From a virus: a DNA stretch of 64,000 nucleotides. Of the stretch, positions 10,614 through 19,144 are shown piece after piece (within the stretch, counting starts at the first letter, position 1; each line of letters begins with the position of its first letter). The notes under the pieces were generated by a model. The model searched no databases. It was not told where the DNA came from and was given only the letters and a program-made list of their open reading frames with translations. Position numbers and translations under genes: made by a program. The DNA lies in the IMG/VR virus record IMGVR_UViG_3300044981_000078, positions 1 to 64,000 of that record. One strand, written 5' to 3'.

Positions 10614-10615
10614 GT

Positions 10616-10665
10616 GTTCTCCTTGATAGAACGATAAGGGGTACGATCAAGGCGTACCCCAAATC
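10616..10665 (-). promoter_or_regulatory. Kissing-loop SD-sequestering element, copy C
   Basis: GGGGUACG-[CCUUGAU]-CGUACCCC ... GUUCU-[AUCAAGG]-AGAAC, then AUG. Confidence 0.8.
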
Positions 10666-10730
10666 TGCGCCCCGAGGATCAATCGGGGAATATTCACCAC
10701 TTCCAAAATTGAAAAATCTTTTTGAGGATA

Positions 10731-11030
10731 TTAAGTAGCCACTGCAGAAAGTCCTGTGGGAGGTAGAATAGGCACCTGAACGTTAGATGCTTCGTTCGAA
10801 TGCACCGATTCGACTCCGCCTGCGCCTACTGCTGTCACAACATAATCATAAACCTGTCCGGCTGCTACTGTTGTATCATCGTAGGTCAGAGCCGTAATCA
10901 AACTAGAATTCAAAGCTGGCGCTTTTTCTCCGCCAACTGATGTGCTACGATAGACGTTATATCCTGTTCCTGCTACCGGAGGAGTTGTTAAATCTACCGA
11001 TGCTACCCAGGTCAAAGTAACTGTATGCAT
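10731..11030 (-). CDS. Fibronectin type III domain protein
   Basis: VTLTW..GYNVYRS..YDD..YDYVVTAV..ES..SNE pattern. Confidence 0.8.
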   Translation of the reverse strand: MHTVTLTWVASVDLTTPPVAGTGYNVYRSTSVGGEKAPALNSSLITALTYDDTTVAAGQVYDYVVTAVGAGGVESVHSNEASNVQVPILPPTGLSAVAT

Positions 11031-11038
11031 TTAGTCTC

Positions 11039-11230
11039 CTAGTGCTTAAAGCTCTTCATCGTTTTCGCGAAGTTTTTCATGTGCTTCATGTGCTCGCTAT
11101 CACTATCCTGAGCGGCCAACTTATCTTCTGGAATAGACTCGCCTTCGGGCACGCCTAGGGCGCGATGCAAACCACCCTTGCGAAGATGGTGCATTGCGCG
11201 ATACAAACTTGTATTATGTCCTTTAGCCAT
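11039..11230 (-). CDS. Small basic phage protein
   Basis: KGGLHRALGVPEGESIP; coupled to neighbours. Confidence 0.55.
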   Translation of the reverse strand: MAKGHNTSLYRAMHHLRKGGLHRALGVPEGESIPEDKLAAQDSDSEHMKHMKNFAKTMKSFKH

Positions 11231-11231
11231 A

Positions 11232-11483
11232 TTACACCGCCGCTGGAGGAGCTACAGCGCCTGCAGGACCTGCCGCTGGCATCGGTCCGGCTTGGGCCTC
11301 TGCTTCACCCGGGTTGGGGCTTCCCGTGTGATCTAAAAGTCCGTCAAGCATGGAATCATGATCCGCAGATGCATACTTCTTATCATGTTTCGGACCATCT
11401 TCGTGGACGTGGTGCGTAGTATGACTTCCGTCAGAATGGTGCTCGATATGAGTGTGAGTATACTTATGTTTCTTGGTCGCCAT
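11232..11483 (-). CDS. His-rich small protein
   Basis: GGAG SD; HTHIEHHSDGSHTTHHVHED. Confidence 0.55.
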   Translation of the reverse strand: MATKKHKYTHTHIEHHSDGSHTTHHVHEDGPKHDKKYASADHDSMLDGLLDHTGSPNPGEAEAQAGPMPAAGPAGAVAPPAAV

Positions 11484-11610
11484 TTGAAACTCCTAAACTA
11501 AACCGTCTTTCAAATTCTTTCTTAATTACATCATCAGAAAAATCTTCTATCCGTTTTCGCCTTTGGTTACTCATCTGAATAGACGTAGAGGCCCACCTAC
11601 AATTTTCAGC
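11465..11610 (-). pseudogene. C-terminal remnant of an HNH homing endonuclease
   Basis: Frame reads ENCRWASTSIQMSNQRR..., like the NCRWAT..Q.NN.R end of HNH endonucleases; no start codon. Confidence 0.55.
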
Positions 11611-11648
11611 CCCGCCAACAGGTTATAAGGCTGCTGGTTTGAATAAAC

Positions 11649-12245
11649 CTACTTAGTAAATGACTTCATACCCTTTGTATCATTCAGAGCACAACATCCG
11701 TCTCTATAGACTCTAAATGCACCCTGCTTACAAAAGCCGTCTCTACCGTGACTATCTGGGGACTTTGCGTCGGCCATATATTCACAGCGCTTACAACTAA
11801 ATCCCTCTCTTGGGGTTTCACCGTAGTCGGCCAAATCTTTACTTATCTTATCGGCAAACTCTAGTTCCGGATCACCGGCGTCTAAATCTTCCCAGTGGCG
11901 ACAGCTACCGTGATCTCCGCTTATTTTTCCTTCAACAGCTAAACAAGCTCCACCTGGTTCGTACTTATTACAAGTTTGACAAAGATAGTTACCTTCGTAA
12001 TCAAAACTTCTAGAGTCACCAGACCATGGGTCCGCATACTGAAACATCTTTGCAAATGTGTCTCTTAGATGTGACTCCTGAACCTCGTCATACTCCCCGG
12101 TATCTTTAAATAGCCCGTCTTCACCTTTTGTCGGGTTCACAATCTTTCGATCTTGAGCAGGACGATTATTCAAAATAACAAACGGAGAAGACTTTGGCTT
12201 ACTCTGCTTAACCAACTTATAAGAAGCGTTAGAGTATTCGTTCAT
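11649..12245 (-). CDS. Protein with two HiPIP-like four-Cys repeats
   Basis: CQTC..C..VEGKI..GSCRHW and CKRC..C..GCCAL. Confidence 0.5.
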   Translation of the reverse strand: MNEYSNASYKLVKQSKPKSSPFVILNNRPAQDRKIVNPTKGEDGLFKDTGEYDEVQESHLRDTFAKMFQYADPWSGDSRSFDYEGNYLCQTCNKYEPGGACLAVEGKISGDHGSCRHWEDLDAGDPELEFADKISKDLADYGETPREGFSCKRCEYMADAKSPDSHGRDGFCKQGAFRVYRDGCCALNDTKGMKSFTK

Positions 12246-12247
12246 GG

Positions 12248-12424
12248 TTAAGACTCTTTACGAGCTTTTCTGACTTCCGAATAAGATGGCTTACCATCTT
12301 TCACATGCTCTGGGAGATTGTGTTTTCCCTTAGTTGCGGCGTCAAACTCAGCTAAGTTCTTTTTACCAAACTCTTCTGGGTGCGCGTGAGCCCAACCTTG
12401 TTGCGCCTTCGATACAAATGGCAA
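12248..12424 (-). CDS. Small phage protein (MPFVSKAQQGWAH...)
   Basis: TTG start behind GAGG; 58 aa; below the ORF-track cutoff. Confidence 0.55.
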   Translation of the reverse strand: MPFVSKAQQGWAHAHPEEFGKKNLAEFDAATKGKHNLPEHVKDGKPSYSEVRKARKES

Positions 12425-12433
12425 GTTAACCTC

Positions 12434-12775
12434 TTACAACTTCCAATGAAATATTGAGCTTAAATCGTGGTGAACAATGGTTCCGATACCGACAATTATC
12501 GAATGATACCACTGTCGTTTCTTAGCGTCATCTTGCTCGGTCTCAATAGTTCCTACTCGGGCTTCCATACTTCCTTTAAATCCTGAAAATTCTTGATGCA
12601 AATCTCCAACGGCTTTCAACATCTCTGCTCTTGCATCACTAATAGCTTTCATCACTTCGAGTGTGTCGCCGTTCATAAGGTCCCTATAAAATTTGCCAAG
12701 GGCTTTTACATTGGCTGCTGTGGATTTCGCACGGTTTTCTGGAGGAGGGGCGCTAACATAGATGCGCCCCGTCAC
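12434..12775 (-). CDS. Hypothetical coiled-coil protein with hydrophobic C-terminus
   Basis: ORF in operon; start uncertain. Confidence 0.45.
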   Translation of the reverse strand: MTGRIYVSAPPPENRAKSTAANVKALGKFYRDLMNGDTLEVMKAISDARAEMLKAVGDLHQEFSGFKGSMEARVGTIETEQDDAKKRQWYHSIIVGIGTIVHHDLSSIFHWKL

Positions 12776-12807
12776 AATCCAGGAAATTAATTAACTAATT
12801 CAGGTCA

Positions 12808-13500
12808 CTAATCCTGAACTATCTTGAACTCAGTCAAACTAGCACTGTTTCCGGTTGATCCTGCGCTGAATGTAACTCCAGCTACGAACCCAAATCCAGG
12901 ATTTGACAAAGCATTTCCAAACGATGTTGCTGCCGGAGTACCTGTTAACAATCCCTGAACTGCGGTAAAGTAAGCAGGAACCTGAGTTACTGCTGCGCCA
13001 CCGCCTGTCTTCTGTACGATAGCATATGTCTGATAACCGGATAGCGTTCCAGAGTTAGGATCAAAATACATATCACCCATGATGGTAAATGCAACGCCAT
13101 CACCAGCCACTGTAGCGCTAGAAGCAACGTTACATAGAAGGGCGGTATAAACTGGGCTTACATAGATCGAACCTGTTGAAGCGTTAGGTGTAACAATCTG
13201 AACTACTGGAGTTATTGTTGGAGTTCCAGTTGTGGTTGACGCATAACCGGATGCGTACAAACGGAATCTTGCACCCTGCAACTTAAACGCACTTGCATCA
13301 AATGCCAACATACCAATCGAACTGGTTGCTGATGGCACCTGACCTAGCTGTGATGACTGCTGCGGAGTATTAACCCCCGGCTGTCCGACGTTCCACAATG
13401 ACTGTGGCGGATTACTAAAGAAATACTGAAGAACTCCGGAAGTTCCCCCGACTGTGCTGGGGAATGCTTCACTGATTTGATACTGAAGTACTGTTGCCAT
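12808..13500 (-). CDS. Probable virion structural protein
   Basis: Gly/Ser/Thr-rich beta composition; GAGG SD. Confidence 0.5.
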   Translation of the reverse strand: MATVLQYQISEAFPSTVGGTSGVLQYFFSNPPQSLWNVGQPGVNTPQQSSQLGQVPSATSSIGMLAFDASAFKLQGARFRLYASGYASTTTGTPTITPVVQIVTPNASTGSIYVSPVYTALLCNVASSATVAGDGVAFTIMGDMYFDPNSGTLSGYQTYAIVQKTGGGAAVTQVPAYFTAVQGLLTGTPAATSFGNALSNPGFGFVAGVTFSAGSTGNSASLTEFKIVQD

Positions 13501-13606
13501 GACTTGCCTCTATGAACGCAAACGCTACGCTTCGATTTTGTTCTAACACGCAAACGCTGCGCTTTATTAGGAATAGTCGTACTATCCCTATCATCGAATG
13601 ACACTT

Positions 13607-14041
13607 TCAATTTTCATTCGTATGTTTCCGCAAAAGCGGAAATCTCTTTCTAACAATTAAATCTTCTTTATTTTCTCGTCTCTTAATCCAATTGCAATTA
13701 GCACAGAGAATCTGAAATAAACCTAAGTTGTCTAATACGTATTTCAAAAAAGTAGTCTGAGAAAAATTCTTACGATTTTTACTACCACCACCGTTTATGT
13801 GGTCTATTTGAAGGGCTCTTCTGTCTCCGAATCCGCAGTGGGAGCACCTAGCCCCTAATTTATTAAAAACTCGTTCTCTTAGAACAGCAGTGCGTTCTTT
13901 AGACCTATCATAAACGCCGTTGCAAATATTGCGATTACGACTACACGCATTACAATATCCGTATCCGGCTCGTAGAGTAGAGGGAGTAGAGTTTTCTATT
14001 GTAAGAACAACTAAACACGTACTGCACTTTCCGTTTGCCAT
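13607..14041 (-). CDS. HNH homing endonuclease
   Basis: CSHCG..LQIDHINGGG..FQILCANCN. Confidence 0.85.
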   Translation of the reverse strand: MANGKCSTCLVVLTIENSTPSTLRAGYGYCNACSRNRNICNGVYDRSKERTAVLRERVFNKLGARCSHCGFGDRRALQIDHINGGGSKNRKNFSQTTFLKYVLDNLGLFQILCANCNWIKRRENKEDLIVRKRFPLLRKHTNEN

Positions 14042-14047
14042 TTTATT

Positions 14048-14094
14048 TCTCCTAGTAAGACGGTGAAGGGCATGTACTAGGCATGCCCAACACC
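14048..14094 (-). promoter_or_regulatory. Kissing-loop SD-sequestering element, copy D
   Basis: GGGCAUG-[CCUAGUA]-CAUGCCC ... UCU-[UACUAGG]-AGA, then AUG. Confidence 0.8.
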
Positions 14095-14118
14095 TAACTC
14101 TCGGGAGCTACCCGAAAG

Positions 14119-14931
14119 CTAAACTTTTTCTAGCGACGTTCCACACTCTATGCAAAATTTCGCTGATGATTTATTTTTCTTGCCGCATGTATCGCACTTG
14201 ACCTTAGTTTGAACGGTCTTCGCGACCCTAATATCTGACCCCGCCTTCTTGCCGACCAGGTGTAAGACCAAAACCTCTGATGAATCTGTTTCGAAACCCG
14301 AAACTCGACAAAACTGCTGATTGCTAATGGACCCCGGAACTGTAATCCCCGCATCATTCTCCTGCTCTGCTGACTGCAAGTTAGCTGCGCATAGAGATAC
14401 ATTCTGAGCCGACAACATAAAATTACTATTATTTAAAGATGCTGTTCCCGAAGATCGGGTCAATGACCCCAACGATCCCGAAGCGCTCGGATTACCGTAC
14501 GTACTATAATATATGGGATACCTAGGATAGCAACCACCAGGATAATGATAATGGTAAGTATGGTGCTCAACAACCTTGGGCGCTTCATATACTTTTTCGC
14601 GCTTGAACTCAATACGAACGAGGCCATCTTCTGCGGTGATGCCTCGGTGTTCTTCGATACGCACTGTACGTTCGATAAACTTGAAACGGTTACCACGGTT
14701 CAGGTCCTCAACAAATCTCTCGACCTCTACATCCCGCCCTGGTTTGATAACGAGCCAGCCTGCGGCGTCTTTTCCGTCGATTGAGATACGGGCCTGCATA
14801 CGAACAGAATCTAAATTCTTCAAAAGAACTGTATATTCTGAGCCGAATGGCAGTTCAACGCGATCTGAGGACTCGCGAAGTATTTTACCACCTACCTTAA
14901 TTGCGCAAACAAAGTTCTTCTTATACGTCAT
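14119..14931 (-). CDS. Hypothetical protein with C-terminal zinc ribbon
   Basis: CDTCG..AKFCIECG. Confidence 0.7.
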   Translation of the reverse strand: MTYKKNFVCAIKVGGKILRESSDRVELPFGSEYTVLLKNLDSVRMQARISIDGKDAAGWLVIKPGRDVEVERFVEDLNRGNRFKFIERTVRIEEHRGITAEDGLVRIEFKREKVYEAPKVVEHHTYHYHYPGGCYPRYPIYYSTYGNPSASGSLGSLTRSSGTASLNNSNFMLSAQNVSLCAANLQSAEQENDAGITVPGSISNQQFCRVSGFETDSSEVLVLHLVGKKAGSDIRVAKTVQTKVKCDTCGKKNKSSAKFCIECGTSLEKV

Positions 14932-15017
14932 TTATTCACCTTTTAACGGTTGACACACTAACAACCCAGTATTTTAAAGTGTGTTGATTTTCCTATTCGC
15001 TATATCCGAATAGAGAA

Positions 15018-15278
15018 TTACTTAATGTGCTTTAAAGCGTCCCCGGCGGCCTGATGAGGATTACTCATATCAGCGAATTCACGCTTCTTAGGGTTCTGGC
15101 TCAAAGCCTCATCTTCCTTAGATGTGGACTTGTGACCTACATGGGCGGGAGGTGCCATCTTCTTCATCATACCGCCGAGTGCCTCGTCTTCATGAGACGT
15201 TGATCCCGGGCTAGAGTGCGCCATGGGTGCCTTCTTCTTAATTTTACCGCCAAGTGCTTCACAATCGCTCATTGCCAT
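15018..15278 (-). CDS. Small protein with internal EALGG..KK.AP repeats
   Basis: AGGAG SD; internal repeats. Confidence 0.55.
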   Translation of the reverse strand: MAMSDCEALGGKIKKKAPMAHSSPGSTSHEDEALGGMMKKMAPPAHVGHKSTSKEDEALSQNPKKREFADMSNPHQAAGDALKHIK

Positions 15279-15297
15279 AGAAATTCTCCTAATTTTA

Positions 15298-15678
15298 CTA
15301 CACGTAATTTATTGAAACGATTACATTACTAGATGGAGGAGTGGTCCCCGCAGTCCCGCCGGTCGTAACACATGCCGCTGATAGAGCAGTTGCAAATGTC
15401 TTACCCTGCGCCGCTCCAACGAAATAAGTTTCGGTTACCAATGCACTGCCCGGGACAAAAATAACAGAATCCGGAGCAGTTGTTCCAAGGGTTACTGAGC
15501 CGCTGGCAAGATTCCAAAGCTTAACATAACTAGCCGAAGCGTTAAGTGTATTATCTATAGTTACAGAATATACTTTAGCTGAACTTGCCTTGACAGCATC
15601 AATAGATGCACCCATTGCAGAATCTTGAAAAATAACTTCATTAGATGGACTAGACACATTCACTTGAGTTATCGCCAT
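15298..15678 (-). CDS. Probable virion/decoration protein
   Basis: Small beta-rich protein in structural cluster. Confidence 0.5.
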   Translation of the reverse strand: MAITQVNVSSPSNEVIFQDSAMGASIDAVKASSAKVYSVTIDNTLNASASYVKLWNLASGSVTLGTTAPDSVIFVPGSALVTETYFVGAAQGKTFATALSAACVTTGGTAGTTPPSSNVIVSINYV

Positions 15679-15689
15679 AAATTTTTCCC

Positions 15690-16076
15690 TTAGCCACCGA
15701 CTATAAATTCAACCGGGGTGTTACCAACATTTGCCTGCAATGACAGCGCCGTAATCCCTGAACCTGGAACCGGATTCGCTTCCGTAAACATAATCATTGA
15801 TCCGGGCTGCAAAACTACAACAACGTTAGACGCTCCGCCCGACGGGGTCCATGTAACGGTCACGACATTGGCCGCGTGTAGATTTTTAAGATATAAAAAC
15901 TGAACCGGAGATATCGGAAGACTAATAGTGGTGGCTCCAATACCTACAGGCAAGGTCTGTGCCTGAGAAAAAACGACCCCAGGCATAACTAAAGACAGTT
16001 GCTTCTGCAGTGAAACAACCCCCGTAGTACCGTCCGATATGATAATTTGTCCCTGTAGGGTAACAGTTATAGCCAC
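15690..16076 (-). CDS. Probable virion/decoration protein
   Basis: Small beta-rich protein in structural cluster. Confidence 0.5.
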   Translation of the reverse strand: MAITVTLQGQIIISDGTTGVVSLQKQLSLVMPGVVFSQAQTLPVGIGATTISLPISPVQFLYLKNLHAANVVTVTWTPSGGASNVVVVLQPGSMIMFTEANPVPGSGITALSLQANVGNTPVEFIVGG

Positions 16077-16080
16077 TGAA

Positions 16081-16650
16081 TTATCCTAGCGGAATTTCCG
16101 CCCAAATAAGTGAAGGTGCAAGATTGGCAGTCAATGTTCCCGATGACACAACACAAACTCCCGAGTTAGGGGTGATGACAACAGACCCAGCAATATCATC
16201 CTTAAAAACTACCGCATCACCGGCAGCCAAATCCAAATAGGCTCCGGTACTATAATATCCCGGAACAGTTGGCGCTCCAACAAGAGTACCGGCGGTAAAC
16301 GGAGTAGCCTTTGCAGTTCCGGCATTTCCGATCAATGCATTTTGAGGAGTATTTCCGGGGGTCGTAGCAGTAGGAGTTTGTCCACCTACAAATTGAAATC
16401 CAAAGCCCGCTCCGGTTGTACCGGCGGTAAAGGTTGTTATTGGAAGAGTCATACCCAACAAAACCAAATTTACACCGGAGGTCGCTGGGTTAAACAATGC
16501 AAAATTTCCGGTAGCTGTAGCAGACGCAGCGGCCACTGCCGCTGACGCATAAGTTACACCAAATACAATTCCCGCAGACACTAAATTGAAATATCGTGGA
16601 AAGAAATCTGAAGCGAGAGAAGACTGACGAATAGCAAGTCCAAGATTCAT
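16081..16650 (-). CDS. Probable virion structural protein
   Basis: Ala/Gly/Thr-rich; start uncertain. Confidence 0.45.
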   Translation of the reverse strand: MNLGLAIRQSSLASDFFPRYFNLVSAGIVFGVTYASAAVAAASATATGNFALFNPATSGVNLVLLGMTLPITTFTAGTTGAGFGFQFVGGQTPTATTPGNTPQNALIGNAGTAKATPFTAGTLVGAPTVPGYYSTGAYLDLAAGDAVVFKDDIAGSVVITPNSGVCVVSSGTLTANLAPSLIWAEIPLG

Positions 16651-16665
16651 ATCATCCCCAAAACA

Positions 16666-16699
16666 CAAAAAGCGGGGCCAACCGTTAGGCTAGCCCCGC
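16666..16699 (-). terminator. Rho-independent terminator
   Basis: GCGGGGCUAGCC-UAAC-GGUUGGCCCCGC followed by UUUUU. Confidence 0.7.
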
Positions 16700-16705
16700 A
16701 GAAAA

Positions 16706-17170
16706 TTACTTAGTTCTCCATGCTCCATTAGTAAAGCAATAGAAAATTGTTGGCCCGGTACCCCCGCCATTCTGCGCGGCCACAGACAATGCTGTGTTTA
16801 CAGCCGCTCCGTTAATCGTTTCACCTGTCGCAGGAAAAACGTTCATAGCGTTTAATGCAGCGTCATTCAAAACGTCAATCTGCATACCACGAATAGACGG
16901 AGGAAGAGTAATAGAATCACCCGCTGTACCTACAGTCGTAACACGTATCATAGGAGTAGTTACAGGAACTCCATTCGCTTGACCGCCGCCAGCGTGAGCA
17001 GTGACCCCATCCTGAGCCATCGCCTGACCGTACAACTGATTATTTGCTGTCTGTCCTGCGTTAACTACCTCACCGGGTCCTAACACCTGACTAACATCGA
17101 TATTTTCTCCGCGATCCATGTACTGCGCTCTTGCAATAGGAAGTCCGGCTGATGTTGAAGGAATTGCCAT
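16706..17170 (-). CDS. Probable virion structural protein
   Basis: GGAG SD before MAIPST; beta-rich. Confidence 0.5.
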   Translation of the reverse strand: MAIPSTSAGLPIARAQYMDRGENIDVSQVLGPGEVVNAGQTANNQLYGQAMAQDGVTAHAGGGQANGVPVTTPMIRVTTVGTAGDSITLPPSIRGMQIDVLNDAALNAMNVFPATGETINGAAVNTALSVAAQNGGGTGPTIFYCFTNGAWRTK

Positions 17171-17213
17171 AGATAATTCTCCGTGATACTTAAAATCCAG
17201 GCAATGCCTGGAC

Positions 17214-17243
17214 AAAATAAAAGCCGCCCAAAATGAGCGGCTT
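17214..17243 (-). terminator. Terminator closing the tRNA array
   Basis: AAGCCGCUC-AUUUU-GGGCGGCUU followed by a U tract. Confidence 0.65.
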
Positions 17244-17265
17244 GGCCCGAACTACATTTTAATAT

Positions 17266-17339
17266 TGGTCGGGGATGGAAGAATCGGACTTCCGTCTCAC
17301 CCATCCGAAGGGCGTAGATTGCCATTATCAGAATCCCCG
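17266..17339 (-). tRNA. tRNA-Pro(CGG)
   Basis: Cloverleaf, C1-G72, A73, encoded CCA; T-loop UCCGAUU. Confidence 0.75.
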
Positions 17340-17442
17340 TGACACCGCCACTTTCCGCTCGCTAATGACCCCTTGAGCCTTCGGACGATGGGGGACCGTT
17401 GTTCTCGGGAACGATTGCCGCCAATTATTAAAATTGGTAAAC

Positions 17443-17530
17443 TGGTCGGGGTACGGTGACTCGAACACCGAAGGTCTCTCGACACCGGTTTCCAAAACCG
17501 GACTGCTTCCATTTACAGAGCTATACCCCG
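17443..17530 (-). tRNA. tRNA-Pro(TGG), long variable arm
   Basis: CCGGU-UUUGGAA-ACCGG; CCA. Confidence 0.85.
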
Positions 17531-17536
17531 TTAAAC

Positions 17537-17908
17537 TTATTGTCGTGCTGACAAAAGAGTTGTATGATCCATACGCTCACCACCAGACTTTTGTTGCTGC
17601 GGCTTCGTTGGCTCATGCGATTGATCTCCGCCATATTCGTCCAATAGACTCGGCGGAAGAATCAAAATTTTTTTACCGTCTGTGCTGTGTCCTGCGTAAA
17701 CCCCGGGCTCTACTCCGGCTGGTGCGGCCACAAAAATCTGTGTGCCATCGGGAACGACTAGTGGTACTAACGCTCCGGTCGCCGGGTCTGCTACCATAAC
17801 ATGCGGTATTACTACAGATCGTACTCCGACTTTCTTTCCGACAAAGAAACAACTGACAGCGACAGTCAATCCGAGAACAAAAGCCAACGTTGAAGTAATT
17901 ACGCTCAT
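17537..17908 (-). CDS. Hypothetical membrane-anchored protein
   Basis: GGAG SD; N-terminal TM helix. Confidence 0.5.
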   Translation of the reverse strand: MSVITSTLAFVLGLTVAVSCFFVGKKVGVRSVVIPHVMVADPATGALVPLVVPDGTQIFVAAPAGVEPGVYAGHSTDGKKILILPPSLLDEYGGDQSHEPTKPQQQKSGGERMDHTTLLSARQ

Positions 17909-17988
17909 AAATCTCCCGGGACAGAGCACAATTATCGTCGCTCAAGTTCGCTGCGGTGAACTTAATCCTCTGCTCGACGTTACAAACT

Positions 17989-18063
17989 TGGATGCGCGAA
18001 CTGGATTCGAACCAGTATAAACAGGGTCAGGGCCTGTTGGACTGCCAATTGTCCGATCACGCA
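17989..18063 (-). tRNA. tRNA-Gln(CTG)
   Basis: ACAGG-CCCUGAC-CCUGU (C33); CCA. Confidence 0.85.
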
Positions 18064-18071
18064 ATTGAAAC

Positions 18072-18148
18072 TGGTTGGCCTCGAAGGATTCAAACCTTCA
18101 GTCGCATCGGTTCAAAGCCGAGCATGTTATCAATTACACCAGAGGCCA
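18072..18148 (-). tRNA. tRNA-Gln(TTG)
   Basis: Loop CUUUGAA; A19-U56. Confidence 0.85.
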
Positions 18149-18154
18149 ATAAAT

Positions 18155-18228
18155 TGGAGAGCCGGGTGAGAGTCTAACTCACCAAAGCGGGTTTGCAATC
18201 CGCCGCCTAGACGATTGGCTTCCGACTC
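18155..18228 (-). tRNA. tRNA-Cys(GCA)
   Basis: Loop UUGCAAA; U73; U19-A56. Confidence 0.85.
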
Positions 18229-18280
18229 AATAAATTGACGCAGGGACCAAGAGTTAACATTGAAATCCCTGCATAGAAAA

Positions 18281-18365
18281 TGGAGGAAGATAACGTATCG
18301 AAACGTAAGCCTCTCGGCTTGGCTGGTGTTCAAGGCCAGTTGAGCGCCCTTGCTCCCTATCTTCC
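18281..18365 (-). tRNA. tRNA-Ser(TGA), atypical acceptor/T arms
   Basis: Loop CUUGAAC; long variable arm; possible 8/4 fold. Confidence 0.7.
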
Positions 18366-18369
18366 ATAA

Positions 18370-18459
18370 TGGCGGAGGATACAGGATTTGAACCTGTACA
18401 AGCTTACGCTTGGCTTCCGCTTAGCAAGCGGACACAATACCGGGTTCTGTCAACCCTCC
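18370..18459 (-). tRNA. tRNA-Ser(GCT)
   Basis: UCCGC-UUGCUAA-GCGGA; long variable arm; G73. Confidence 0.9.
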
Positions 18460-18860
18460 AAATACTTTATAGCACTTTGCATGAATGCTAGATTATCTTC
18501 AAACGATCCTATCCCTCGGTTACAAGAACTACAAAGCAAGCCACGCACTTTTTTAGTTGAGTGACAATGATCTATAACCAGCTTTTTATCTCGTTGGCAA
18601 ATTGCACATAAGCCGTGCTGCCGTTCCTGCATCTGTTTATATTGTTCTTCCGTTATCTTATATTTTCGAGTGTAGTCTTTTACGTAATTATAAGGGCCTT
18701 GCCGTGCTTTAATGGCCTCTTTATTATTCTGGTATCTTACAGCTTCGTATTTTGACCTACAATCCTTACACTGCGGGTGTCTTCTATCTCTTCCCTTCGT
18801 GTGATAATCAAAACGCTCAATGTCTTTCTCAATGCCGCACTTAGAACACAATTTCATCAT
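18450..18860 (-). CDS. Endonuclease VII-like homing endonuclease
   Basis: CSKC..CKDC N-terminus; CAIC..IDHCH..VRGLLCSSCN. Confidence 0.85.
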   Translation of the reverse strand: MMKLCSKCGIEKDIERFDYHTKGRDRRHPQCKDCRSKYEAVRYQNNKEAIKARQGPYNYVKDYTRKYKITEEQYKQMQERQHGLCAICQRDKKLVIDHCHSTKKVRGLLCSSCNRGIGSFEDNLAFMQSAIKYLEG

Positions 18861-18862
18861 AA

Positions 18863-18910
18863 CACTCTCCCTTAAAGAGTGCCGGGAGGTGTTAAGGGCA
18901 CCTCCCGACT
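18863..18910 (-). promoter_or_regulatory. Kissing-loop SD-sequestering element, copy E
   Basis: GGGAGGUG-[CCCUUAA]-CACCUCCC ... CACUCU-[UUAAGGG]-AGAGUG, then AUG. Confidence 0.8.
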
Positions 18911-18927
18911 AATTGTACGTACAAACC

Positions 18928-19134
18928 TTATTGGTTCAATGCCTGTTTAGCTTTTTGAACCATATCTCCCTTGGCCTTCAGTTCATCACCAAGCGAAGGG
19001 GCCTTGCGTGCTTCTCGCGCCGCGCTATATGTCGGTTTCTGTGGCTGCGGCATACTCGGACTAGGAAACTTCTGTTCTGCCTCTCCGAGTACCTTCTTAG
19101 CGTTTGCTAAGGTTGTTTCAATATCTTGCGGCAT
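18928..19134 (-). CDS. Hypothetical protein
   Basis: 68-aa ORF directly after the RNase P RNA. Confidence 0.45.
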   Translation of the reverse strand: MPQDIETTLANAKKVLGEAEQKFPSPSMPQPQKPTYSAAREARKAPSLGDELKAKGDMVQKAKQALNQ

Positions 19135-19144
19135 AATTTTCGAT

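Noticed and set aside
17266-17430. tmRNA (GGGGA start)
   Set aside because: It folds as a complete tRNA-Pro(CGG); no G3:U70 or tag frame was found.
18281-18365. tRNA-Sec, because it starts GGAAGAU like selC
   Set aside because: The anticodon reads UGA, not UCA.
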